The notes: a model not told the origin generated them from the letters alone. Counted from the stretch's first letter, positions 10,397 to 19,963 are shown. The stretch: DNA of 64,000 bases from Nitrososphaerota archaeon (GCA_041641305.1 JBEPYN010000002.1:160001-224000), one strand, 5' to 3'. Numbers and translations are program-made.

Positions 10397-11740
10397 TTGT
10401 TCATGGATGACGTTGTTGAAGACACGATAAAGTACACCTATGGAACGTGGCGACGGCAGAGGGGTTGGAAGCCTCTCCACGTGGTCGATGCGGAGGGATG
10501 CTACTTCACCGATGCCTCGGGGAAAAAGTATCTCGATTTTTCTTCGCAGCTCGTCTGTGTAAACCTCGGCCACAGGAACAGAAACGTCATCGAAGCTGTG
10601 AAAAACTATCTCGAGAAAACACCGTATCTTACGCCTGCTTTCACGTGTGATGTGCGGGCGGAGCTTAGCAGGAAACTTGTCGAGATACTGCCGCCTGGTC
10701 TAAGAAAATTCTTCTACAGCACTTCGGGGACAGAGGCCAACGAGGCCGCTCTCAAAATCTCCCGCGCATACACGAGGAGGCATAAGATAATCGCGCGCTA
10801 CCGCTCCTACCATGGAGCGACAGCCGCCTCCATGGCCGTTACGGGAGAGGTTCGCCGCTGGTACACAGAGGCTTTCCACTCGGTGCCTGGAACAGTCTAT
10901 GCACCGGACCCATATTGTTACCGCTGCCCACTCAAGCTCACTTATCCCGAATGCGGTGTCGCGTGCGCTGATTATGTGGACTACATGTTGGAGCATGATG
11001 GTAACGTGGCTGCTGTGATTGTGGAGCCTGTTGTGGGGACAAACGGTGTCATCGTGCCGCCTCCCGAGTATCTGCCGAAGCTGCGTGAGATAACTCGGAA
11101 ACATGGTGTGCTCTTGATAGCTGATGAGGTGATGAGCGCCTGGGGCCGTGTAGGCGAATGGTTCGCCGTCAACCACTGGAACGTCGAGCCCGACATTCTC
11201 ACCACAGCCAAGGGCATAACATCCGCCATCCTTCCACTGGGTGTAACAGCCACCTCGGAAAAAATCAGCGAATACTTCGACGACAACCTCTTTCCACATG
11301 GTCACACATATGAGGCGCATCCGCTCACGTTGGCGGCGGCTGTGGCGGCCATAGACGAGTACAGGAGGCTTAACCTGATCGAGCGGTCGAGGAGGATGGG
11401 CGAGTATCTGGGGAAGCGGTTGAAGGAAGTGGGTGAAAGGCATCCATCGGTGGGTGAGGTGAGGGGCCTCGGCCTCTTCTGGGCGGTTGACCTCACCAAG
11501 AACCAGAGGACACGGGAGCCCTTCAACGTGCCGAAAGACAAGTACGCCGGAGCACCCCTCGTCGTCGAACAGGTCGCCGCTGAGATGATGAAGCAGGGCG
11601 TCTACACCATGTCTTGGATAAACCACCTCGTCATCGCGCCTCCACTCATAGTCGAGAAAGAGGACATCGACAAAGGCGTCGAGGCTCTTGACAAGGCGCT
11701 AAAAGTAGCTGATGAAAAAACCGAGAAAAACGCCCAATAA
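10397..11740 (+). CDS. Class III omega-amine aminotransferase (taurine/beta-alanine/putrescine:pyruvate type)
   Basis: YLDFSSQLVCVNLGH, SGTEANE, SYHG, LIADEVM, TAKGIT, HGHTY..HP. Confidence 0.88.
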   Translation: MFMDDVVEDTIKYTYGTWRRQRGWKPLHVVDAEGCYFTDASGKKYLDFSSQLVCVNLGHRNRNVIEAVKNYLEKTPYLTPAFTCDVRAELSRKLVEILPPGLRKFFYSTSGTEANEAALKISRAYTRRHKIIARYRSYHGATAASMAVTGEVRRWYTEAFHSVPGTVYAPDPYCYRCPLKLTYPECGVACADYVDYMLEHDGNVAAVIVEPVVGTNGVIVPPPEYLPKLREITRKHGVLLIADEVMSAWGRVGEWFAVNHWNVEPDILTTAKGITSAILPLGVTATSEKISEYFDDNLFPHGHTYEAHPLTLAAAVAAIDEYRRLNLIERSRRMGEYLGKRLKEVGERHPSVGEVRGLGLFWAVDLTKNQRTREPFNVPKDKYAGAPLVVEQVAAEMMKQGVYTMSWINHLVIAPPLIVEKEDIDKGVEALDKALKVADEKTEKNAQ

Positions 11741-11991
11741 GCCAAAATAAGGAAAAATAAGGCTTTCTAAGCCGCCAAACAAATTTTTAAACATTACCAC
11801 GCCTCGTTTACATGCTCTTAACTGGATGTGGGCAACGGAGAGCCGTGGCTCTGGGACGCCGGTCTAACATTTCGCGTTAAAGGGTTTTTTCCGCTATTTT
11901 CCACTGTTTTACGGCGTTTTTATTAATTTATTGGTAGAAAAAGGATAAATCTGGCAGAAAAATACATCCGCCCAGAAGGAGGTGTAGTTGC

Positions 11992-13320
11992 ATGATGAAA
12001 ACACTCCTCCACAGGAAAACCAAGTCGGAGGAGCTATTGAATGAAGCTAGAAAAATCATTCCAACTGGCGCGTCCTCAGTGATGCGCACCCGCATACCCA
12101 ACACCATGTTTGCTATCAAGGGAAGAGGCGCCCACATATGGGACGTCGACGGCAACGAATACATCGACTATCTGCTGGGCTTCGGCGCTTTGATCAACGG
12201 CCACTGTCACCCGAGGATTGTGGAGGCTGTTAAGAGGCAGGCTGAGGAGCTTCTGATGAGCGGTACACCAGTCGAGCTCGAGATGGAGGTCGCGAAGAAG
12301 ATTCAGCGTGTTGTTCCCAACGCGGAGATGGTGCTCTTCGCGTCGACCGGGACCGAGGCGACGATGGAGGCCATCAGAATCGCGAGAGCTGTGACAGGCA
12401 AGACAAAGATAATCAAGTTCGAGGGCTCCTACCACGGCCACCATGACTACGTGCTGTGGAGCGTTGAGTCATCGAACCCAGGCCTCGAGATATCACCGTT
12501 CCGGATCCCCTACTACCCAGGCATACCCGAGTCCGTTGGAAAAACCGTCACCATAGCACCGTGGAACAACCTTGAAGCGCTGCGAAAAATTGTGCGCCGT
12601 AACCGCAGCAACCTCGCAGCAATTATAGCCGAGCCTGTGATGGCGAACAACGGCGTCATCCCCCCCAAGCCCGGGTTCCTCAAGGCGTTGAAGGAGCTTG
12701 CTGAAGAGGCTGAGGCCCTGCTCATCTTCGACGAGGTAATCACAGGCTTCAGGCTTGCCCCAGGCGGCGCACAGGAACATTTCGGCGTCAAAGCGGACCT
12801 CGCCACCTTCGGAAAAGCTCTCGGAGGAGGAGTGCCAATAGCCGCTGTCACGGGCCGCAGAGACATTCTCGAAAACATAGGCCCCGGTAAGATAGGGTTC
12901 GGGGGAACATACAACGCACATCCAGTCAGCCTCGCGGCTACCTCGGCGAACCTCGACATCCTCCTCGAAAACGGCGGAGAAGCCTTCCACAGACTACACG
13001 CCACAGGCGAGAAGCTGATGCAGGGTCTCCGAGAAGCCATAGAGGACACGGGTGTCAAAGCAATGGTTCAGGGCATCGGCCCCCTCTTCCAAGTCTACTT
13101 CACAGACCTGCCTGAGATAACATCCTACAGGGAGCGGCTGGCCGTAGATCCGCAGGCCTACACCGAGTGGGCCCTGGAACTCTTTGAACGAGGTGTCTTC
13201 ATCTACGCAGACGACGGTGAGAGGATCCTGATCTCGACACAACACACAGACGAGGATGTTGAGAAGACCGTCGCCGCGGCTGAAGAGGCCTTCCGAGCTG
13301 TTAAGGCAAGGTTCAACTGA
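11992..13320 (+). CDS. Class III PLP aminotransferase, GSA-aminomutase-like paralog
   Basis: IWDVDGNEYIDY, STGTEATM, FEGSYHG, LIFDEVITGFR, FGKALGGG, GGTYNAHP. Confidence 0.88.
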   Translation: MMKTLLHRKTKSEELLNEARKIIPTGASSVMRTRIPNTMFAIKGRGAHIWDVDGNEYIDYLLGFGALINGHCHPRIVEAVKRQAEELLMSGTPVELEMEVAKKIQRVVPNAEMVLFASTGTEATMEAIRIARAVTGKTKIIKFEGSYHGHHDYVLWSVESSNPGLEISPFRIPYYPGIPESVGKTVTIAPWNNLEALRKIVRRNRSNLAAIIAEPVMANNGVIPPKPGFLKALKELAEEAEALLIFDEVITGFRLAPGGAQEHFGVKADLATFGKALGGGVPIAAVTGRRDILENIGPGKIGFGGTYNAHPVSLAATSANLDILLENGGEAFHRLHATGEKLMQGLREAIEDTGVKAMVQGIGPLFQVYFTDLPEITSYRERLAVDPQAYTEWALELFERGVFIYADDGERILISTQHTDEDVEKTVAAAEEAFRAVKARFN

Positions 13321-14614
13321 CCTGTTTAGAGACCTCTTTCAACGATTCTTCGACGGTGTCGAGACCCTTCTCCAGCGTCTCCTCCTCGATTGTAAGCGGC
13401 GGATGAAATCTTACAACGTTTGAGTAAAGCCCGGCTTTGAGCAGCAATACTCCTCGGCGTCTCGCGTTCTCCAGTAGGGCTGTCGTCTCCTTGACCGCTG
13501 GCTCCTTGCTCCGCCTGTCCTTGACCAGCTCAAAAGCCCTCATCACACCCAAGCCTCTAACGTCGCCCACGAGCTCAAACCTCTCAAGAAACTCTTCAAG
13601 CCTCCTCCCCATTTTTTCACCGAGACGCATAGCACGGTCGGCCATGTTTTCACGCCGCATTATCTCGAAGACTTTGACCGCTGCTGCGCATGAGACAGGG
13701 TTTCCCCCGAACGTTGAGCCCAGGGAGCCGGGAGGCATTCCGTCCATTAGCGAGGCTTTTCCCGCAACACCTGCGAGCGGGAGACCATTTGCCATAGCTT
13801 TACCAACTGTCACGAGGTCTGGCACCACCCCGCTGTGCTCGACGGCGTAGAAACGCCCTGTCCTGCAGAACCCTGTCTGAACCTCGTCATCTATCAAGAC
13901 TATGCCGTTTTCGTCGCAGATGTTTCGCAGCTCCCTAAGATACTCTGGCGGAGCAGGCACAAACCCGCCTTCACCCTGGACGGGCTCTATGATGAAACAC
14001 GCTATCTTATGCGGTGGAACCCTTGCCTTGAAGAAATGTTTTTTGACATAGTCCATGCATTCGAGGCCGCAGCCGGGATAGCTCTGCCCAAACGGGCAAC
14101 GGTAGCAGTAGGGGAATGGGACATGCTCAACCGCTGGTGGGAAGGGTTCGAAGTCAACCTTGTATGGCTCATACTTGCCTGTCAAGGCCATGGCGAGATA
14201 TGTGCGGCCGTGGAAAGAGTTCTCGAAAGACACCGCATAAGGTCTCTTAGTCATGTGGCGAGCTATTTTTACAGCGTTCTCAACAGCCTCGGCGCCGCTG
14301 TTTAACAATATACCTCGTTTCTCGAAATCTCCGGGAATGGTCTCGACAAGCTTCTCAACAACCTCCACGTAGCCGGGGTAGTTGGCAACCATTATACAGA
14401 GATGCCATGGGTTCTTCAACGCTTTTTCAACGGCTTCCCCTATCTCGGGGTTACCGTGTCCAAGGTTCACCACACCTATGCCCGAGGTGAAGTCGATGTA
14501 GTTGTTGCCCTCGGAGTCAATGAGCACAGCGTTCTCGCCGCGTATGATGGTTAGCGGATGGACAAGCGTAACCCCGGGAGAAACAAGTCGCCTAAGTTCT
14601 AGAAACTTGTTCAC
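13313..14614 (-). CDS. gabT: 4-aminobutyrate (or related omega-amino acid) aminotransferase
   Basis: YIDFTSGIGV.NLGH, NSGAEAVENAVK, FHGRT, EPVQGEGG, DEVQTGF.RTG, GKAMANG. Start at GTG 14614 or TTG 14620. Confidence 0.8.
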   Translation of the reverse strand: MNKFLELRRLVSPGVTLVHPLTIIRGENAVLIDSEGNNYIDFTSGIGVVNLGHGNPEIGEAVEKALKNPWHLCIMVANYPGYVEVVEKLVETIPGDFEKRGILLNSGAEAVENAVKIARHMTKRPYAVSFENSFHGRTYLAMALTGKYEPYKVDFEPFPPAVEHVPFPYCYRCPFGQSYPGCGLECMDYVKKHFFKARVPPHKIACFIIEPVQGEGGFVPAPPEYLRELRNICDENGIVLIDDEVQTGFCRTGRFYAVEHSGVVPDLVTVGKAMANGLPLAGVAGKASLMDGMPPGSLGSTFGGNPVSCAAAVKVFEIMRRENMADRAMRLGEKMGRRLEEFLERFELVGDVRGLGVMRAFELVKDRRSKEPAVKETTALLENARRRGVLLLKAGLYSNVVRFHPPLTIEEETLEKGLDTVEESLKEVSKQVS

Positions 14615-14700
14615 GTCCAAGACTATTTTCCGGTCTGAAAAAAGGGTTTCTAAACGTGCCGCTCGTGGTTTAAAACACGCCTCTAGACTGTTTACATGGG

Positions 14701-15669
14701 TTGGCGGAGACCTGGGAGCTGGCTGATGGCGTGGATGTTGTCGAGCTGGATGAGGATGTTGAATTTCCTGTCCGCTGCTTCCTGCTAAGAGACGGTGAAG
14801 CAAAAATGCTTGTTGACACAGGATATATCGAGACTGTGCCACAGCTTCTAAGCATTCTGGAAAAGCACAAGGTTTCACGCATTCTTTTGACACATCTCCA
14901 CATAGACCATTCGGGCGGAGCCCTAGCCGTGAAAAAAGCCAAAAACGCGCCCATCATCTACCACAGGCTTGAGCTGGAGAGTCTCAACACCGCCGTCAAC
15001 ATAGACAGAAGAGTTTACAAAATGTTCTCAGGCCTCTCAATTGATTTTCTCGACGATGCCATGCATCTTTTAAAAGGCTTGCCGCAGCCCGACGAATTCG
15101 TTGAAGAAGGCATGACACTATCTATGTGGAGAGTGATGCATACACCTGGCCACACTCCTGGACATGTCATCCTCGTGGGCGAGGACCACGCCATCACGGG
15201 AGACCTCATACTCATGGAGGAAACCTCCAACGTCGCCTACGTGCCCCTACCAGGTTACCATCCACTAAGGAGTTACCTTGAAAGCTTGGTAAAAGTGACG
15301 CAGCTGGATGTGGAGACGCTTGTTCCATCACACGGGCCCCTGATAAGGGACCCGGTGTCGAGAGTGAGGGAAATCTTCAACCATCATCGTGAGAGGCTTA
15401 GGCAGGCGGCGTCGGCGTTGGAGAAAGGCCGTTTATCGCTTAGGGAGGTGGCCGAGGAAATCAAGTGGTCGAAGGGCAGCTTCTCCTCTCTCACGCCGCT
15501 GGACAAATGGCTCGCACTCCTCGAAACCCTCTCACACCTCGACTTCCTCACGGAAACAGGCTACGCAGAACCAGACATCAACCTAACATACACGTTGAGC
15601 AAAAACCCTGACTGGCGAAAGGTTGTGCAAAATCTGGCGCAGCTCTCCAACGGCATATACCAGCCATAA
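14701..15669 (+). CDS. MBL-fold metallo-hydrolase with C-terminal winged helix
   Basis: THLHIDHSGG, HTPGHTPGH, GD, PSHG metal motifs. Confidence 0.88.
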   Translation: MAETWELADGVDVVELDEDVEFPVRCFLLRDGEAKMLVDTGYIETVPQLLSILEKHKVSRILLTHLHIDHSGGALAVKKAKNAPIIYHRLELESLNTAVNIDRRVYKMFSGLSIDFLDDAMHLLKGLPQPDEFVEEGMTLSMWRVMHTPGHTPGHVILVGEDHAITGDLILMEETSNVAYVPLPGYHPLRSYLESLVKVTQLDVETLVPSHGPLIRDPVSRVREIFNHHRERLRQAASALEKGRLSLREVAEEIKWSKGSFSSLTPLDKWLALLETLSHLDFLTETGYAEPDINLTYTLSKNPDWRKVVQNLAQLSNGIYQP

Positions 15670-15676
15670 CACATCC

Positions 15677-15729
15677 AAAAGCGGCTTTCAACCGTGGAGC
15701 TGATGTGTCCCGGCCACTTAGCCGCTTTT
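15677..15729. other. Intergenic stem-loop (possible terminator or small RNA)
   Basis: Perfect 10-bp inverted repeat AAAAGCGGCT (15677-15686) / AGCCGCTTTT (15720-15729) with inner GTGG/CCAC pair. Confidence 0.5.
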
Positions 15730-15796
15730 CGTTTCCCCCACCCCGGGTGAGTATCTTTTTATATCGTCGGGGCCTCTGCAGGGATAGGCGAAGCGT

Positions 15797-16354
15797 TTGT
15801 CATGGGTTGAGGACACGGTTGTTTTCCGGGGTGTTATTAGGAGAAGCGGTAACAGCTTAATCGCCACCATCCCACCCGAGCTCTCTCAGCGTTTTCTCAT
15901 ACGCGAGGGGCAGGAATACACCATAGTTGGGATGACGAGGGCTAGCCCCGATTTTGAGGGAGCTCTCCAGATATATCTCGGCTTCTTCGTAGTGCTTGAG
16001 AAGGCTCCGCGGCTTGACCTGGCCGTCGAGGGCATAGATTTCCCGACGCTCGAGCAAGTGCTGAAAAAATATGATGCAACGAACGTTGTGCCGAAAAAAT
16101 CAGACAACGGCTCTGTAGCCTGTTATGCTGTTTTCACGGCTGTTGAGAAGAACAGGGTGAAGCTGCCTAAATCTGTCGAGTCGGTGCAAGAGCTTCTGCC
16201 GACTATTCAGCGTGAGGTGGAGGCGTTGGGCGGGTCCGTCAAGTCGATGGAGGTCTCTGAAGTGGTTGTGGAGAATAGGCAGGTTGACCCAGCCATGCTC
16301 TCGAAGGCTCCATCACGTCTCGAGAAAAACTTGGCGTGGAAGTGGGAGATCTAG
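15797..16354 (+). CDS. Hypothetical protein with N-terminal AbrB/MazE-like DNA-binding domain
   Basis: IRRSGNSLIATIPPEL...IREGQE swapped-hairpin pattern; TATA-like TTTTATAT upstream. Confidence 0.6.
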   Translation: MSWVEDTVVFRGVIRRSGNSLIATIPPELSQRFLIREGQEYTIVGMTRASPDFEGALQIYLGFFVVLEKAPRLDLAVEGIDFPTLEQVLKKYDATNVVPKKSDNGSVACYAVFTAVEKNRVKLPKSVESVQELLPTIQREVEALGGSVKSMEVSEVVVENRQVDPAMLSKAPSRLEKNLAWKWEI

Positions 16355-17526
16355 GCTTCGGCGGCTTTTCTGAGCTTGGCCACAGCTTCCACAACGTCCA
16401 TAAGATCCTCACGCTCACTCAGCAGCACATACTGTGGAATCCAGACGGCCTCGTAGTGGCTTGCCTTCTCGGTGTTGTTCAGAGGCATGGGGACGCGTGA
16501 TTTCTCTGCGATGAAGCTGTAGCTGTTTAGCGGCCTGTATCCCGCGTTGCATGGTATCCCCTCGGCGTTCAACGCTTTCACAAACTCTTCTTTGGAGCTG
16601 AAGCCGAATTTTTTGAGATCGACACGCATGATGTAGAGGTGGTAGCTGTGAGCCGTCACCTGCGGTGGCTTCTCAAACGGCTCAACACCATCTATCTCCG
16701 AAAGCTTCTCACTCAGATATTCCGCCGCCCGCATTCTTCTTTTGTTGAGTTCGGGGAGTCTGCGGAGCTGCGCCCTGAGAATAGCGGCCTGGAAAGCCGT
16801 CATGCGGAAGTTCCAGCCATATCTCACATGCTCATACCAGCCACGGCGCACATCACGTCCAACGTTCACCAAGCTCCGCGCAAGCTCAGCCAACTCTTCA
16901 TCGTTTGTCGTGATTATCCCCCCCTCGCCTGCGGCCATGTTCTTGCTCTGGTAGAAACTGAACCCCGCCATGTTTCCGATGGAGCCGACGTGACGGCCTC
17001 GCCACTCGGCGCCATGCGCCTGCGCAGCATCCTCTAACACAAGTAGCCCATGTCTCTCAGCGGTGTCAAGCAACTTGTCCATGTCCGCTGGGCATCCAGC
17101 CAGGTGGACGGGGATGATGCATCTTGTTTTTTCAGTGATGGCTTTGGAGACGGCTTCGGGGGAGATGTTGTAGGTTGCCTGGTCTATGTCGACGATGACG
17201 GGTGTGGCGCCTGTGTCAATGACGGCTGTGGCTGTTGCGAGAAAGGTGTAGGCGGGGACGATGACTTCGTCGCCGGGGCCCACACCCATGGCCTTCAGCG
17301 AAACGAATAAAGCAACTGAGCCGCTGCTGCACGTGACACCAAACCGTGCACCATGAAATGATGCAAACTCCTCCTCAAACAACCTAATCTTCGACGAGCC
17401 AGCTGACCAAGGCCCTTCACGCAAAGCCTCCATAAGCTCCTTAACCTCCTCATCGTCAAAATGAGGCCAGCGATGAAAAGGCCTTCTCCTAACGGGCTCG
17501 CCCCCTCGGACAGCCAGCGAAACCAT
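16351..17526 (-). CDS. DegT/DnrJ/EryC1/StrS family aminotransferase
   Basis: GPGDEVIVP..TF.AT, EDAAQAHG, FSFYQSKNM..GEGG, GWNFRM. ATG 17526 preferred as start. Confidence 0.9.
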   Translation of the reverse strand: MVSLAVRGGEPVRRRPFHRWPHFDDEEVKELMEALREGPWSAGSSKIRLFEEEFASFHGARFGVTCSSGSVALFVSLKAMGVGPGDEVIVPAYTFLATATAVIDTGATPVIVDIDQATYNISPEAVSKAITEKTRCIIPVHLAGCPADMDKLLDTAERHGLLVLEDAAQAHGAEWRGRHVGSIGNMAGFSFYQSKNMAAGEGGIITTNDEELAELARSLVNVGRDVRRGWYEHVRYGWNFRMTAFQAAILRAQLRRLPELNKRRMRAAEYLSEKLSEIDGVEPFEKPPQVTAHSYHLYIMRVDLKKFGFSSKEEFVKALNAEGIPCNAGYRPLNSYSFIAEKSRVPMPLNNTEKASHYEAVWIPQYVLLSEREDLMDVVEAVAKLRKAAEA

Positions 17527-17586
17527 GGACAAAACACTCAAAACCACTATTAAATTTCTATGAACATTTTGTCAAGGGCCTTCTCT

Positions 17587-18720
17587 TCAGGGATGCGATG
17601 TGCTCAGAAGATGTTCGGCTACGGTTTTGTAAATTTCTGCCGCTTTCACCAGCTCCTTCACCGCGACTCTTTCTCGGAAACTATGGGCTAGACGGAGGTC
17701 GCCGGGCCCAATGATGACACCCTCCACAGGCCTAATCTTTTGTATTCGGTTTAGGTCTGTTGCAGCCTCGAACCCCGTCAAAACAGGCTTCACACCGGCT
17801 GCTCGACACGCTTGTTGGCAAGCTCTTACAAGTGCGCCGCCAAGGCTGGCCATGTATGGTGGGATGTGGGATGATATGGCTGCTTTGAAAAAAGCTTGCT
17901 TGGGCAGGGCTGGCTTGATTATTTGCTTAACCATGCGGAGTGTTTCCGCTGGTTTTTCAACGGTTGTCCTGATGTCGATGACGATGTTTGAAGAGTCGGG
18001 TATGATGTTTGGTTTCAGCCCGCCTCTTATGAGGGTGACCGCGGCAGAGGACCTGCCAAGATATCTGTGTCTTTTTCCGTAGCCCCTTTCAAGCCGTGCA
18101 AGTTTGACGCATGCTCTTGCAGCGGCTGAAACAGCGTTTACGCCTTCAAGAGGTTTCGACGCATGCGCAGGTTTTCCGTAGAAGTTGACCGTGACTTCTG
18201 TGCGGCCTCTGCTCGCGACGCATATCTTCAGCGACGTCGGCTCGCCGACAACCATGTAGTCAACATGGTCCATCAACTTGATTAGAGAGAGGGAGCCGAG
18301 CCCCGAGACCTCCTCATCAGCCACAGCCATCAAAACAACCCGGCCCATCAAGCCCTCAAACCTCAGCGTCGAGACAGCGGCAAGCATAGCCGCCAACGCA
18401 CCCTTCGCATCAACGGATCCACGGCCACAGAGATAACCGCCGCTTACACCGGTTGATAATGGATGGAAACTCCAGCGCTCCACGGGTCCAACGGGCACGG
18501 TGTCGAGATGTGAGTTGAAGACCAGAACAGGGCCCTCGCCAAAAATCAGTTCAACAAGGGCCGAGGCTCTTCCTCCTCCATGGTCTATTACACGGGCCCT
18601 CAGCCCCAGCTCCGCAGCCTTTTCCGCAAAATATCTAGCAGCATCAGACTCACGGCCTGGAGGGTTCTCGCTGTTAACTTTAACCAACCCAGAGCCTATG
18701 GCCTCGATAATCTCCCTCAA
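17587..18720 (-). CDS. M20/ArgE-DapE family metallo-amidohydrolase
   Basis: NSHLDTVP, GRGSVDAKG, DEE, GEPT, GKPAHAS, GPG..LAH. Confidence 0.88.
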   Translation of the reverse strand: MREIIEAIGSGLVKVNSENPPGRESDAARYFAEKAAELGLRARVIDHGGGRASALVELIFGEGPVLVFNSHLDTVPVGPVERWSFHPLSTGVSGGYLCGRGSVDAKGALAAMLAAVSTLRFEGLMGRVVLMAVADEEVSGLGSLSLIKLMDHVDYMVVGEPTSLKICVASRGRTEVTVNFYGKPAHASKPLEGVNAVSAAARACVKLARLERGYGKRHRYLGRSSAAVTLIRGGLKPNIIPDSSNIVIDIRTTVEKPAETLRMVKQIIKPALPKQAFFKAAISSHIPPYMASLGGALVRACQQACRAAGVKPVLTGFEAATDLNRIQKIRPVEGVIIGPGDLRLAHSFRERVAVKELVKAAEIYKTVAEHLLSTSHP

Positions 18721-18798
18721 CCCGGAGCCGAAAAACCCGGGCCAGAATATAACCTAGCAGCAGGGCCTTGGCGTGGAACAGATACGCGACCGAGCCGG

Positions 18799-18996
18799 TT
18801 AAAGCTCGATCCTGACGTACCTGTTGGTGGCTGACGGCTTCTTCTTCCGGGGGCTGTTCCGCAGCAGTATGCCGCAGTAGGGACAGCGCACGCCGTCAGT
18901 CAAGTGGTAGACCCTGCAACGGGAGCAGTATTTGTAGCCGTTTGCGTAGCTCCTTCTCGCAGATGTCTTCTGAACCAGAACTGTTTTCTGCACCAT
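18799..18996 (-). CDS. Small basic zinc-ribbon protein
   Basis: CSRC...CPYC followed by LRNSPRKKK; ATG 18996. Confidence 0.65.
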   Translation of the reverse strand: MVQKTVLVQKTSARRSYANGYKYCSRCRVYHLTDGVRCPYCGILLRNSPRKKKPSATNRYVRIEL

Positions 18997-19076
18997 TTTT
19001 ACCACTTTTGTGTGGTTTTGTCGCGATATATAGATTGCGTAAATCAATTATATACCTTATTTTTAAAACAGCATTC

Positions 19077-19093
19077 CTAATTACCGTAATTAG
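19077..19093. promoter_or_regulatory. Palindromic candidate transcription-factor site in a divergent promoter region
   Basis: CTAATTAC-C-GTAATTAG perfect inverted repeat in the AT-rich gap between the Zn-ribbon gene and gcvH. Confidence 0.4.
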
Positions 19094-19154
19094 CCCAGCA
19101 CAATAACGTGCAAAACACTTGTTTAAATAAAGCCTATTTTTGATACGTTTAGTC

Positions 19155-19577
19155 ATGTCGGAAACATATGATGTCCCCGACGAGCTCCTATACACGAAAG
19201 ATCATGAATGGGTTTTGCCCGAGAAGAAATACGTTATAGTGGGTATAACTGATTATGCGCAGAAGAAGCTGCGAGAAATTATCTATGTGGAGCTTCCGCA
19301 TATAAACACTAAGGTTCGGGCACGCGAGGTTTTGGGAACGGTTGAATCGGTCAAGTCCACAGCCGATGTTCTCTCGCCTGTTTCTGGACGGGTCGTAGAG
19401 GTTAACTCTAAGCTTCTCGACCATCCCGAGATTCTCAACGAATCACCTTACACCGAGGGTTGGATTGCGAAGATAGAGCTCTCAGACCCCTCTGAGCTGG
19501 ATAAGCTGCTCGACGCCGATGAATATCGCAGGTTTCTCGAGGAGCTCGAGGAGGAGAAAAGCGAGGAAGAGATGTAG
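19155..19577 (+). CDS. gcvH: Glycine cleavage system H protein (lipoyl carrier)
   Basis: YTKDHEWV, GITDYAQ, VESVK (lipoyl Lys), SPVSG, PY.EGW. Confidence 0.93.
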   Translation: MSETYDVPDELLYTKDHEWVLPEKKYVIVGITDYAQKKLREIIYVELPHINTKVRAREVLGTVESVKSTADVLSPVSGRVVEVNSKLLDHPEILNESPYTEGWIAKIELSDPSELDKLLDADEYRRFLEELEEEKSEEEM

Positions 19578-19615
19578 CAGCACTTATATGCAGCACGAAG
19601 ACCCGTATAGTAGAA

Positions 19616-19963
19616 ATGGTTCTGGTTAAGGTTCAGCGGATAACAAGCTACACAGACCCCGAGACTATGCGGCCGGGAAAAATCATTGAATTGGTTGAGG
19701 TGAGGAGAAGCAGCGGTTTTCAGGCCGTTGGTGTGGGTGAGGAGTCGGCGATGGTTCAGCGGATGCTTCAGACCGCTATGCTCCAGCTTCAGTCTATGGG
19801 TCTTATGCCGATGACGCGTGAAAACCTTTTCCCAAAAATAATTCTCTATGTGACTGAGCAGGAGTATGACATGTTGAATGTGAGGCTGGAGGTTAACGAG
19901 GTTTACGATGTTACTTTTAGCGACGGCTCAATTGTTTTCAAGAGACCTCAGGGCATCGGATGA
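19616..19963 (+). CDS. Arcadin-1-like protein
   Basis: Recalled similarity to crenarchaeal arcadin-1: VKV.RI.SY.DP...GK.IELVE at the N-terminus and PKIILY.TE.EY..L...L.VN..Y..TF..G.I.F at the C-terminus. Confidence 0.65.
   Translation: MVLVKVQRITSYTDPETMRPGKIIELVEVRRSSGFQAVGVGEESAMVQRMLQTAMLQLQSMGLMPMTRENLFPKIILYVTEQEYDMLNVRLEVNEVYDVTFSDGSIVFKRPQGIG

Noticed and set aside
1464-13320. Calling the two GSA-like genes hemL
   Set aside because: Two divergent paralogs in an amine-transport context with no tetrapyrrole genes; family membership alone does not support the function.
14615-14893. Long N-terminal extension of the GabT ORF
   Set aside because: Overlaps the divergent MBL gene and promoter region; family similarity begins near 14614.
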